Positions 49,901 to 62,383 of a stretch of DNA of 64,000 bases are shown here, one piece after another. This DNA comes from Mobula hypostoma. Its lineage: Eukaryota. The stretch lies in assembly GCF_963921235.1 (NCBI RefSeq), contig NC_086106.1, forward strand, positions 25,358,001-25,422,000. The letters run 5' to 3'. Position numbers and translations under genes: made by a program. Position 1 is the first letter of the stretch. Each line of letters opens with the position of its first letter. The notes below the pieces were generated by a model. The model saw only the letters and a program-made list of their open reading frames with translations. It made no database searches and was not told where the DNA came from.

Positions 49901-52045
49901 GAGACAAATGACCAGAATGGGAAAGAGAGTGTAAATGAAATATAATGTTGGAAGATCCATGGTCATGCACTTAGTTGGAAGAAATAATTGTGTAGACTCA
50001 TTACTGAACGTGGACAAAAGCCAAAGCGCAGATGTGCAAAGTTGTAACACGGCTTGGTGGTCCTTGTGCAGAACACCCTAGAGATTAATTTACTCCCAGA
50101 GTCGGCGGTGAGGAAAACAAATACAGTGTTAGAACTCATTTCAGGGGCTGGAGAATACAAGAGTAGGGATGTGATGCTGACGCTTAAAGGCACTGGTTAG
50201 GCCCCACTTTCAGTATTGTGAACAGTTTTGGGCTCCACATTACAGAAAAAATCCGCTCGCATGTATGATTCCAGTAATGCAAGTGTTATCATACGAGGAA
50301 CGTTTGATATTTATGAGTCTGTATCCGTTGGCATTCAGAAGGATGAGGGGGATCTCACAGAATGTTTTCGAATATCGAACGTCCTCGACAGAGTAGATGT
50401 GTAAAGCATGTGGGGGATTCCAGGACAAGAGGGCATAGCCTCAGGGAAGACGACGTCACCTTAATACAGAAATGCGGAGAGACTCCATCTGCGACAGTGT
50501 GGTGAATGTGTTGCATTTATTTGCACGGGCAGCTGTGGAGGACGGGTGGTTGGGTATACTTAAGGCAGAGGATGATATGTTTTCAACTGGCCACGGTATC
50601 AAAGGTTCCAAAAGGAAGGCCGGGAGTGGGGCTGAGGAAGGGCCAATCGATCAGCCATGATTTAATAGCGGAGCAGATTCGATGGGCCAAATGCCCTAAT
50701 TCTTCTGCTATGTTTTATGGTCTTGTGGTGTTACCATCTCTTTCAAAATGGGCAAGCTTTAGCAGACTTTCAATTCTTCGCCCTCGACCCTTCTCGCGCG
50801 TTCTTCCTCTTGCTGTATCCTTACCAGGATACGTCTCCTTTCCCTGTTTGTCTCCGTTAATCACTCTTATCACTCTTCTCCTTATCGACCATTCTCTGAG
50901 CCCAGCTCTTTCCGTTTCGCTTTTTCCCTCCCGTGACGAAACTGCTACTCGTGGTTGTGGGTGTATTGTAGCTCTTGTCGCCCTGCCCCTTCACCCCCTT
51001 GTAGCCTCTGAGAAGGGAGGTTGTGTTGTCTCATGGTTCCTGAGGGCGGTGAGTTGTTCGATGTTGAGCAGGATGCGGTGGGCCGCGGGCGCCCTTCATT
51101 CCATTCGCACATTTTACGCCGGATCTGTTTTGTCCAGATCGGTAATCGCACTGCATTAGGACGGGCTAATCATGCAAATATACATAGTGGAACCCGGCAC
51201 AAAACTACTGAAGAGATTTGAATCCAAACAGCAGCCATTTCATGTCCAAACAACCGGAAATCTTCACCGATGTAGTTTGCTACTGAGTTTCGCTCTCATA
51301 AGTCAACCACGTGATTCTTTCAAATATTTGGGTGCGCCACTTCGACTTTTCTAGCAGGACCCGCCCTCTAGCGACGGTTCACTGCATCACACCTCGCACA
51401 TACCGTATGTAGTTTAAACATAAATGCACTTTGGAAAAATGATGATTTCTCACAGCCCTGTAATGCAACGACCAAAATACTATATGCATTCTCCATCACG
51501 CTAAGCATCCGCAGGGTCTGTCGCATTATCTAAATACTCACTATAAATCATAAGCTGCCACTGTAACAGTCTTAATTTCAGCAGCATGTCACCTGCTGTT
51601 CTTTGTCTAACTAAAAACAACGATTTCCCCACACTCTGTTTTCCCTTAGTGGACTATTGCCCTACTTAAATATATTGCAGTTCCACTCCGTCCTTATTAC
51701 TCCTTCATGTAGAACCTCGAACAATGTGGCCAAAGACGACGTCATACTAGGTTGTCAGTCGCGATATGCCGTTGCAGCAAAGAGGGTGGGTGAATGCACA
51801 TTGCCGTATCCCGGAAATACATTATAAAGATCCAGTCTGGGTGTGCGCTGCAGTCATGAACTGTTCCATTACCTTCGGCGCCTTGTGTTGGTGATTGCAG
51901 CCATCTTATGTAGGGCACGTGACCACGCCTGTTATCAGTGTGTGCACTCCCAATTTACCGGCAAAAGACGCTGTCCAGTGAGAGCTTTTTACTTTATACA
52001 GAACAAATTTTTGTTCGAGACCCGCCGTCTTCATGCAACAGGTAG

Positions 52046-52517
52046 GAATCATTGCACAGAGATAGATGCTAGAGTCCGACACAAGAGCTTTAACGATATT
52101 CAATTGAGCAGACTTGCTGTCTTTGTACAGGGGTATACTCGAAAGTCCGGGACAAGAATTCCAGAAATACTGAAATGACCTGACTCTGCGTTTGTGCAGA
52201 ACAGCTGTAAACCTCGCCGGACATTCTGAGGCCACGCCAGTTTTCCTCATCATATATCTTCAGCGGTTTTTAGGAGATTCACCGCGATGCTTCTCTTAGT
52301 TCGTGTGTAACTGCATTTCAGTGTTATCATCTGACTTTCGTCAGTCGATAATTCAGGAGCATCCTGATCATAGAACTGTACATTCTCGTTCCTGCAATAA
52401 AGGACAGAATGCAGTGTCATCCCTGACTTCCACTGAACTACGCTCTCGCTGGTCCTGTGTGCAGCGTCTTAGCTGTCAGGATGGCGAATGAAACCTATAA
52501 GAATCTGAGGGACACAT
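52046..52517 (-). pseudogene. Chimeric V pseudogene: family C 5' part fused to a family B FR3+RSS
   Basis: ...ISGILVPDFRVY then KDSKSAQLNIVKALVSDSSIYLCAMI; junction at about 52121-52124; frameshifts, broken donor, defective RSS. Confidence 0.85.
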
Positions 52518-52737
52518 GCTCACTCGCTTCAGCCCCGAAGGGATCGCAAATCCCTTACAACCACTTATCAACATGACAGATAACGGAAAGAAAAACGTAT
52601 CGGAAGTAGACTGAATGGTGCAATGCTCAACGATTGCAAGGTAAAACCAGAGCATAGGCTATATAAGCATTAATCAGAATACTGTTACTTTGAAAGCCCC
52701 TTTTTTCTTTTCCCACACTATAAATCTCTCTCTCTCC

Positions 52738-52790
<53 letters not shown>

Positions 52791-53313
52791 TCTTTCTTTC
52801 ACTTTCTTCCCCCCCCCACTCTACCTGTCTCCATCATCTACTTATCTACCTTTCTGTCTATATCTCATTCTCTCTTTCTCACTCATTTGCTCTATCCCTA
52901 CTGACTTCTCTCTCTCGTTCGCACACCGGACATTGATTTCTATTTTTCTATTTATTTACTCACTCTCGCTTTCTTTGGCATTCTGCCCTGCTCTATCCTT
53001 TTTCACAGCATGTCACTCCGTGCCAACCAGCGTATCCGCGACGATTCCAACGAGTCATCCGCAAAGTTAGGACTTTCCGCTGTTGCTTTTTTCTACTTTA
53101 TGATTAGCCTTTTAAGTTATTGACGGGTTACCTTTCAATCTTCCAGGACCCCATTGGATATTTCTTTGCAATAGCACATTAAATGTTTTTTTTTTCCGAT
53201 AGACGAAATGGCATTAAATGGTTAGCGGTCATGGAAGGCACCGGGCACCATTTAGAGCAGACACACATTGCGAACCTGAGCTTTCCAAATCCTGTATCGC
53301 TGTGGAACGTTGG

Positions 53314-53642
53314 TGCTGAACTGCGCAAAGCTATTCAGTGGATTCCGGCACGATGCCCCCGAACTTATTTGAGCGAAACATCTTTAAACAGAGACCCGAA
53401 ATATTAACTGGACTTGTCTTCGCGTACAACAATATAGTGACAAGGTCTGCTCTTCCACGGTCATTAAATCTCTCCTTTTTGGGTTCACAAACTCTTCCCC
53501 ACTCGTCCGTTTAATAGGCCCCGAATGTAGAGGGGCGACAGAACGCACTGACCCTGCAGGACGCGCTCCGACCGAAGAGACGGATTCACCAAGCAGAGTA
53601 GTCGATACAAAGACGATCCAGGGGTGGTTGCAGCGGGAACAT
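53314..53642 (-). pseudogene. Internally deleted paralog of the 63.3-kb decayed V
   Basis: Shared FR1 nucleotides and GGIVPESTE*LCAVQ end. Confidence 0.65.
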
Positions 53643-54863
53643 CGTACATTGAATAAAGTAACCAGAGAATGATTTGAAGATATTTCTCCGATAAAAAGAG
53701 AAGTTATTCAAGTAAGGACAAGCAGAGACTTTCCGGGCAACCCGGCGCTTTCATTTAAAAGTATATGTGCATTTTACTTCTAAATACAGGGTTGATGCCA
53801 ACCACAGGACGGTCTGGCGTTAATTCACTCATTTCTCCCCACACCGCTCCCCACCCCCTTCGTCTCCAGCACCGTCTGACTTCTCTCTCTCTCTGTCTCT
53901 TTGTCTCAGTCCATCACTTTTGACTCCGCATCTCCGATTATCCTCCGAATCGTCTCCCTCCGTATCTCTCTCACTCACACACACTTTCAAGTGGATCTGA
54001 AGGTGTTTATTTTTGCATTCTTTTAGTGTTTCACATTGTACTACCTCGATAAGCTGTTTAATTAATGCATCTGTTAAATCCCAGTCAATGCAATCATCCG
54101 ACAAGAATAAAAAAGCATATCCAGTAAAATGTCCCTCGTGGTGATAACATCAGATCTGTCAAATCTGTTTGGGAAACCAGATTATACAAGCTATCACTCT
54201 GTTGTGCTCCCATTCCCTCTCTCCCTCTCTCGCTCTCTTTTCTACTGAAAATGGCTGCAGAATATAAGTGTATGGGTAGTATGCGGTCAAGTGTATGTAC
54301 TTTAATCATAAAGTTTTTTTGAACTTGTACCTCTTACGCTGTCACGCTAAACATTGGCAGGTTCTGTCGTATTATTTAAATACTCAGCATAAATCAATGT
54401 CGCTTTTGCAACATCCTTAATATCGGCAGCATGCCACTTGTAAATCTTTGTCAATCCGAAGACCATTATTTTTCCCACCTGTGTTTTCCGTTTGTCAGCA
54501 ATTGTCCTATTTAAATATATCCCGCTTCCTTTCTCATTATTTCTCGCTGCAGACACCAGAACAAAGTGTCCATAGACAAGGTCACGCAGTGTTGTCAATC
54601 GTGGTATGCAATTGCAGCAAACGAGGTTGCGTAAAAGAACATTGCAGTACCCCGGAAATGCATTTTAAAGTTCCAGTTTAGTTGCGCATTGCAATCAGGA
54701 ACTGCTCCTTTAGATTCGGCGCCTTCCGCTGCTGATTTCAGCGCTCTTGAGTAGGGCACCTGACCATGGCTGAGTTCTATGTGAGACCCTTCCATTTTTC
54801 CGGAAAAAAGGCGCCCTCCATTGCGAGCCTTTTTTTTTTCCATTATACAGAACCAGTTTTATA

Positions 54864-55286
54864 CAGATACAGATACGTGCCAGTATTCGACACAAGAGCT
54901 CCAACCAAATGTAATTAAGCCGTCTAGTTTTCCTTCTGCAGCTAGCGGTAAATCTCACTGGGCAATCTAGATACCGCTCCATTATTGCTATGCGATATAA
55001 CTACAGCAAGTAATTTGGCGATTCTCCACAATGTTGAATATAAAAAAAGATATTTGCATCAACTTCAGTGGAATTACATTTCAGTGTTATGTTCTGTCCT
55101 TTCTCAGCCGTTACGTTAGGAGGATCCTACGTCACTGAGTCTTTCCCGCGCTTTCCTGAAATGAAGTTCACAGTAATTTAACATCGCTGTCTTGTATTGA
55201 CCGCAGGGGAAATTCACTGTCCACCTTCGCAGAGACTCACCAGGTAGCACAGCCAATGCATTACGTAATGAACAGAGGAAAAGCAT
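54864..55286 (-). pseudogene. V pseudogene (family B) with heptamer/spacer and C104 deleted
   Basis: Leader MLFLCSLRNALAVLP; two TAG stops, W41>F, frameshift; the end runs directly into the nonamer remnant. Confidence 0.9.
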
Positions 55287-55538
55287 GGTCTCTAATTTCT
55301 GTCTGGATCGAACGGCAAATTCCTTCCAGGACGTAATTATCACTCAACAGGTATTGTTTTGTGAGGTCGTTTCAGTGATAGCTTTCACCTTGTGTCAGAC
55401 TAGAGGCGTTTTGCTGCTCTTTGTAGTCGCTGGCATAAAGAACCGAAATTTTTCTGAGCAACAATCAGACTCTGCTTTACTTCTATTCATCTTTCTACTC
55501 GTTTGATCGTTCTTTGAAGACCGCACGTGAACCACACC

Positions 55539-55573
<35 letters not shown>

Positions 55574-56339
55574 CCTCTCTCTCCCTCTCCGCCTCTCTCT
55601 CCCTTCTCTCTTTCTATCTCTCCTGTTTCTTTCTATCTCTCCCTTTCTCTCTCTCCCAGGCTGCTTTGGGATTTTTTTTACTGATTGGACGATGTCTGTG
55701 GAGGGTATGAATTTCGTGATAAAGATTGTGTACATTCTCTGATTTTAAATGGAACCATTGTAGCATGCTGGATAGATCTTTTGCTGTACCCTGGTACATC
55801 AGAAACAAAACAAAAATATAATGAACATGAACCAGTTTGGGATAAGTGTGAGGGTCTGCAAAGTGAAGGAATATATCAGGCTGCCCTGCAGCTCATAGAA
55901 TATCGACTGAGCGGATAAATAGAGGTGATGAAATGCACAATACCCACCTTTCAGTGCGGTGATATCTGGTGTCATGTCACCAGGGATCCGGTTCATTTCT
56001 GATATTCAATCCGATCAGCAGGTACCCATGTGCTCATTTCCACTTTTCCCGCGTTATTACGTTTTCAACGTCCCGCAAAAGAAGCTTTGGGAAGCATTCC
56101 TCCTGTTAACAGGAATTTGCGAAAATTGGACAGGTAAATCTGTGAACTGTTAGAACATAATATATAGGAACATAATTAGACCGTTTGTCCGATCGTCTCT
56201 TCTTCGCCATTTCAGATCAGACAGTCTGGAAATGGAATTTTTCGATACGGTAAACGTACCATTAAATTGAGAGTTTCAGAAATTCGAAATATAGCTTTGG
56301 AAAAAAGCTGCGATAAATTTCTGTTCCTTCGGCAGTCAC

Positions 56340-57500
56340 GAGGAAATCTGCAGATACTGGAAAGTCAAGCAACACACACAAAAAATGCTGGTGAACACAG
56401 CAGGCCAGGCAGCATCTATAGGAAGAGATACAGTCAACATTTCGGTCCGGGACCCTTCGGCAGGACTAACTGAAAGAAGTGATAGTAAGGGATTTGAAAG
56501 TGGAGGGGGGGGGGAGATCCGAAATGATAGGATAACACAGGAGGGGAGGGGTGGATCCAAGAGCTGGAAAGTCGATTGGCAAAAGGGATCCCAGACTGGA
56601 GAAGGGAGAGGATCATCGGACGGTAAGCCTGGGGAGAGAGAGAAGGGGGAAGGGGGAAGGGGATCCCGGAGGGTGGGGTGCAGGCAAGGAATTATAGTGA
56701 GAGGGACAGAGGGAAAAAAAGAGAGAGAGGGAAAGAAAAACGGGTGGGAATAAAACATATATAATAAATAAATAAATAAACACTAAGCTTTGGGGTGTGA
56801 AGGGGATATGGGGCATTAACGAAAGTTGGAGAAGTGGATGTTCTTGCCATCAGGTTGGAGGCTACCCAGACGGAATACAAGATGTTTTTCCTCCAACCTG
56901 AGTGTGGTTGCGTCTTGACAGTGGAGGACCCGTGGACAGACATATCACAATGGGAATGGGAAGGGGAATTAATAATGTGTGGCCACTGGGAGTTCTTGAA
57001 TTCTCTGGTGGACATAGTGTAGGTGTTCAGGGAAACGGTCTCCCAGTTTTCATCGAGTCACGCCAATATATAGAAGGCCGCACCGGCAGCACCGGACGCA
57101 GTATATCACGCCAGCCGAATCACAGGTGAAGTGTCGACTCACCTGGAAGGACTGTCTGGGGCCCTGAACGGTGATGAGGGGGAAGTGTAAGGGCATGTGT
57201 GACACATATTCCGCTTACAAGGAGGAGCGCCGGGAGGGAGATCGGTGGGAAGGAATTGGCGAGGCGGGGTGCTAATGATCAAGGGAGTCGCGCTGGGAGC
57301 GATCTTCTGCGGAAAGCAGAAAAGGTCGGGGGGAGGGAAAAATATGCTTGGTGGTGAGATCCCGTTGGAGGTGCGGGAAGTTACAGACAATTATATGTTG
57401 CACCCGGAGGCTGGTTGGGTGGTGGGTAAGAAAAACGGGAACCCTGTTCCCGGTGGGTTGGCGGGAGGATGGGGTAAGTGCAGATGTGCGTGAAACAGTA
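56340..57500 (-). mobile_element. Penelope-like element fragment (terminal-repeat relatives at about 5370-5760, 15250-15510, 27535-27790 and 47720-47970)
   Basis: PCKRNMCHTCPY...HFTCDSAGVIYCVRCCRCGLLYIG GIY-YIG endonuclease remnant; terminus tgcagat.ctg.aaa...gcagg. Confidence 0.85.
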
Positions 57501-58661
57501 ATCAACAGTAATCAGTTGTTCTCTCTATGTGTCTCTTCCATCGTAGGGAAAACACTAAACTGGAAAAGCAGGTTTCAGTGTGCACAAGTATACATTCTAC
57601 CCGATTATAAGAGTATGGAAATGTGGAATAAAATTGAATATCAATCCCAATCCACCAGGGTCTGATCGTGTTCTTTATTTGCTGGCTGTGCAGCATTTTT
57701 ATACGTCTGTTGCACTTTTTTTTATATTGTTTTATTATTTTACTTTGAACTACCGCGATAAGCAGTGCAGTGAATTCATCTGCAATAACCGAATCGATGC
57801 AATCATGCAACAATAATAAACACATTCCGTTCGCAATCTAGGTACATATATCAAAATACTCAATGTGGTGATTACAGCGTATCCGTTAGATCGGGTTGGG
57901 AGCCAGATTATACGAGTTATCTCTCTGTTGTGATCCCATTCCCTCTCTTCCTCGCTCGCTCTTTCATACTGAATGTGCCTTCAAAATATGAGTCATCCGA
58001 CCGCATAGATGCCTATATTTATTTTAACCATAAAGTTACTTTCAACACCGAACCTCTTTCGCACAGCACGGGAATACAGCGACGATAATAGTCTCTGCAT
58101 TCTCTATCACGCTGAACATACGCAGGTTCTGTCGGATTATCTAAATTCTCAGTATAAACCATGAGTAGCTGTTGGGTCTTCCATAATTTCAGTGGGTTGT
58201 TAATTTCTGGGTTTCGTTAGCATGCCACTTGCAATTCTTTGTCATTCAGAAAAGCACCGATTTTGCCACCCTCTGTTTTCCATTGACCACTTTAAATATA
58301 CCCCGGTTCGACTCCGTCCCTATTATGTTTCCTTGCAAACAAACGAAAAAAATGGCCAAAGACAATGTCAGTCAAGACTGTCCATCGTTATATACCCTTA
58401 GAGTAAAAGAAGAAGGTCGAATGCACATTGTGTTATTCAGGAAATGAATTGCAAATTTCCAGTTCGGTTTCGCCTTGTAATCAGAAACTGTTCCTTCAGC
58501 TTCGGCGCCTTGTGCTGCTGCTTACAGCGCTCTTCCGCAGGGCACGTGACCATGGATGATTTCCGGGTGCGCCCCTTCCAGATTCGCCGAGAACAGGTGC
58601 CCTCCTGTGAGAGCATTTTGCACCATACATGACTAGTTTTTTGTCCGGACCCGCCGCCTGC

Positions 58662-59084
58662 ATACTCATTGCACAGAGGTACCTGCCAGAGTCCGAATCC
58701 AGAGCTTCATGGATGATCAATTGCGCCGTCTTGTTGACTCTCTGAAAACTAGCGGTAAACTGATTAATTCCATTCATTCCTCCAGTGCTAGTTACCTTCA
58801 GCAAATAATTTGGAGGTTCTCCACTACGTTGAATGTACCAACCAATAAAATATGCATTATCGTTAGTGTAATTACAGTTCAGTGTTATGTTCTGTCCTTC
58901 CGTGGCCGTTATGTATTGAAGATCCTGCGTCACTGAATCTTTCCCACTCGCTCCCGCAATAAAGGACAGAATGCATCAACAACACCGGCTTGTATTGAAC
59001 GCTGGGGAAAATCGCTGGCCACCTTCTCAGAAACTGACCAGGCAACACAGACAGTGCAGTCATTAATAAACAGAGGGAAATCAT
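58662..59084 (-). pseudogene. V (family B) with open exon but heptamer deleted and acceptor AG>GG
   Basis: Leader MISLCLLMTALSVLP; open frame ...LNCNYT...GWYIQ...DSGRYLCAMS; nonamer ACAAAAAAC at 58644-58636 with no heptamer. Confidence 0.88.
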
Positions 59085-59799
59085 GGTGTCTAATTTCTGG
59101 CTGAATAGAATGGCAAATGCCTTCCAGGACGCAATTATCACTCAATAGATATTGCGGTGTGAGGTCTTTACAGCGATACCTTTCATCTTATGTAAGAGCG
59201 GGTGCTCTTTCCTGGTTAAATAATTGGCTGACACAATAAACCAAGGCTTACTAAGCACCAATCACAATCTGTTTTTTATCATATGTCATTCTGCCTGTTT
59301 CTCCGCTATTTCAATGCCACGCGTTCCAATCTGTCTCTCTCTCTCTCCCTCTCCCTCCCTCTCTCTCTCTCTCTCTCTCTCTTCCTCTGTCCTACTGACT
59401 TTGTTACCCTGTTATCTGCATAATCACAACATATTCAAAAACTTATCAAAGTGTAATCAAACTCCGTTAAGCATTTTCCACATGGTCGTTTCTTCGACAT
59501 TGACAATATCCTGCTGGAAGTAGTTCATTTATTTATTTCTTTGTTTAGTTAGTTATTTGGTGATATATCCCACAATAGTCCCATAGGTCAACATTTTTCA
59601 ATCTTCTGGCATTGAACTAGTTAATCAATGTCAGCAAGTGTAGACAATGAAATCAGTAAGGATCAAGGCCGCACATGGTGTCTGCTTTCCCGCACGGTCT
59701 TAAGCAGATACCAAGAAGCTAATACCACAGATTTGCGAGAATTATGTCAGATCCACTGCACCCCTCACTTCGTGGAAAACCTGCGTAATTTGCTCTTCC

Positions 59800-60900
59800 A
59801 ACTGGGCGTGAATGGAACTAATACACTCCCGGCTTATTTATCAGTCACTCACTTTCATTCAGGTGCCTTGCCGGTCGGCGTGGGCGATCATGTGTCTCCA
59901 TCCATCACGGTCCCTGACCCTCCGAATTGTAATTGTTGCCTGCCCTGTTTCTAACCATGATGTTATTCCATCTATCATTTTCATTCTCTGTCTCGCTCTG
60001 CTTCTTTTTCCTCCAGTTTTCCAGTTGTAACTAAATGTTCTAATGTCTCTGTTCGGATGATGTGTCCAAAGAATTTTGATTGTTGTTTTCTGATTTGTTT
60101 TAAATATGTACGCTTTCTTTTCGTTCTCTGTATTACTTCTTCGTTGGTTATTCTGTCCGTATATGATATGCATATCATTCTTCTGAGGAACCACATCTCT
60201 GCTAAATTGATTCTATTTCCCATTGCAGTAATGAAGGCCCATGACTCGAAACTATACATCAATATAGGAAGCATTTAGCAGCTAAGAGGTTTAAGGCGGA
60301 TGTCAATTGTTATTTTCTTGTTCGTTAGGATGTTTCTGATTTCTGTAAATGCTGTTCTTGCCATTGCTATTCTTGCTTTTATGTCTGTTTCGCATTTGCC
60401 GTCAGATGTTATTCATGATCAAAGGTACTTGAAGTTGTGAACATGTTTCAGGATTTTATTTCCCAACACGATCCTACAGTTTGGGATATCAGTTTTATTT
60501 ATATTACCATTACTTCAGTTTTCTTTTTGTTTAAGGTTCGTCCAAGTCTTTCGCTGTCTGTGTTGAAAGTAGATCATTCACTCTAACTATATTCTGTTTG
60601 TCAATCTCACTTTTCCCTTTTTCGTTCTACTTTAATAAACACTTCATTTCTTGCAATGAATCTCCGTCTTTGTTCCCTATTTTGTTACTGACCTATATTT
60701 CCGTCGCTATGTCAAGCAATGGCTCCCAGTCTGCCTCTGTATTCCAATTTTACTGAAACATCAATGCAGCTTTAAACTTGTTATGGAAACTTCTTTTCAT
60801 CCAACGCCAGTCCATTCGGTATTAATTTGCAATTCGTAAAATAAACATCAATTTATCTGAACTTTTAGGACGCTAATGTCAATAGACACCACCTGCAATT
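59800..60900 (-). mobile_element. RTE-clade LINE fragment
   Basis: LPILMYSFESW...EMWFLRRM..ISYTDRITNEEV...FFGHIIR. Confidence 0.88.
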
Positions 60901-60984
60901 TATCTCCATCAGAAGCATTCGATGTGACAGCATGCCGAATGCTATCTAATTATATACAATCTCAGTATCACTAGGTTGCACTCA

Positions 60985-61640
60985 ACTTCACTGTTAATCA
61001 TAGCAAGAGGATACGAGTACAGGAGCAGGAAGGTAATACTGCAGTTATACAAGGCCTTGATGAGACCTCACCTGGAGTATTGTATGCAGTTTTGGTCCCC
61101 TATTCTGAGGAAAGACATGCTTGCCATAGAGGGAGTGCAGAGAAGGTTCACCAGATTGATTCCTGGGATGGCAGTACTGTCATAAGATGAAAGACTGGAT
61201 CGACTAGGCTTATACTCGTTGGAATTTAGAAGATCGAGGGGGGATCTTATTGAAACGTATAACATTCTAAAGGGATTGGGCAAGCAAGATGCAGGAAGAT
61301 TGGTCCCGATGTTGGGGAAGTCCAGACCGAGGGGTCAGATTTGAGAATAAAGGGGAAGCCTTTTTAGGACCGAGGTGAGGAAAAAGTTCTTCACACAGAG
61401 AGTTGTAAATCTGTAGAATTCCCTGCCACAGGAAACAGTTGAGGCCAGTTTATTGGCTATATTTAAGAGGGAGTTAGATGTGGCCCTTGTGGCTAAACGG
61501 ATCGGGGGTATGGTGAGGAGGCAGGTACAGGGTTCTGAGTTGGACGATCAGCCATGATCATATTGAATGCTGCTGCAGGCTCGAAGGGCCGAATAGCCTA
61601 CTCCTGCAGCTATTTTCTATGTTTTTATGTTTATGTTTAA
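60985..61640 (+). mobile_element. CR1 LINE 3' fragment
   Basis: YRSRKVILQLYKALMRPHLEYCMQFWSP and a tttatg tail. Confidence 0.92.
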
Positions 61641-61956
61641 TCCCTCGAGGTAGTGAAAAATGAAGTCTAGCAAAAAAAATTACCACGAGATATTCTTAGA
61701 GCCAACAGAGCGACATGGACACCACCATATAGTAGAAATGCTTCAGAAAGCCGCCACAGTATCCCTAGGTAAATCTAAATTCAAGCGGCGTTCCACAAGT
61801 TTGTCATATTTTGTTGCTGAATGCGGCATTTCAAATCGACCGCGTGATTTTCTGCTTTCTGCGTACAGCTGTTCCAGTTCCCCAACAAAAGGCGCCCTCT
61901 AGTGATCACGCAACGCTGGACTTTGTACAGACCCGCTGTTTCCCTACAACACTGAG

Positions 61957-62383
61957 GGGTCCTTTGTACAGAGGTACTGTATACACCTGAGTCCGGGACA
62001 AGAATTCCAGAGATACTTGAATGAGCTGACTCTGCGTCTGTGCATTACAACTGTAAACCTCGCCCGACATTCTGAGGCCGCTGCAGTTTTCCTCAGTCAT
62101 AGAGCTTCAGCAGGATTTAAAGACATTCTCCATGATGCTGAGTGTATCAAATATTTTTGCCTGAGTTCATGTGCAACTGCATTTCAGTGTTATTATCTGA
62201 CTTCCGTCAGCCGATAATTTAGGAGCATCCTGATTACAGATTTGAACTTCCTTGTTCCTGCAAGAAAGGACAGAATGCAGTGACTTCCCTGACTTGCACT
62301 GAACTACGCTCTCGCTGGACATGTGTGCAGTATCTTAGCTGTCAGGATGGCGAATGAAAATTGTAAGAAACTGAGGGACACAT
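61957..62383 (-). pseudogene. V pseudogene (family C); RSS CTCAGTG-23-ACAAAGTCC at 61956-61918
   Basis: Leader and FR1 1-nt deletions shared with the 52-kb copy, W41 frameshift shared with the 39.7-kb copy, several stops. Confidence 0.88.

Noticed and set aside
55900-56160. PDITALKGGYCAF motif (paralog near 33.1 kb) as a V relic
   Set aside because: D-to-C spacing is wrong, there is no RSS nonamer or CTCF module, and the paralog does not keep the motif
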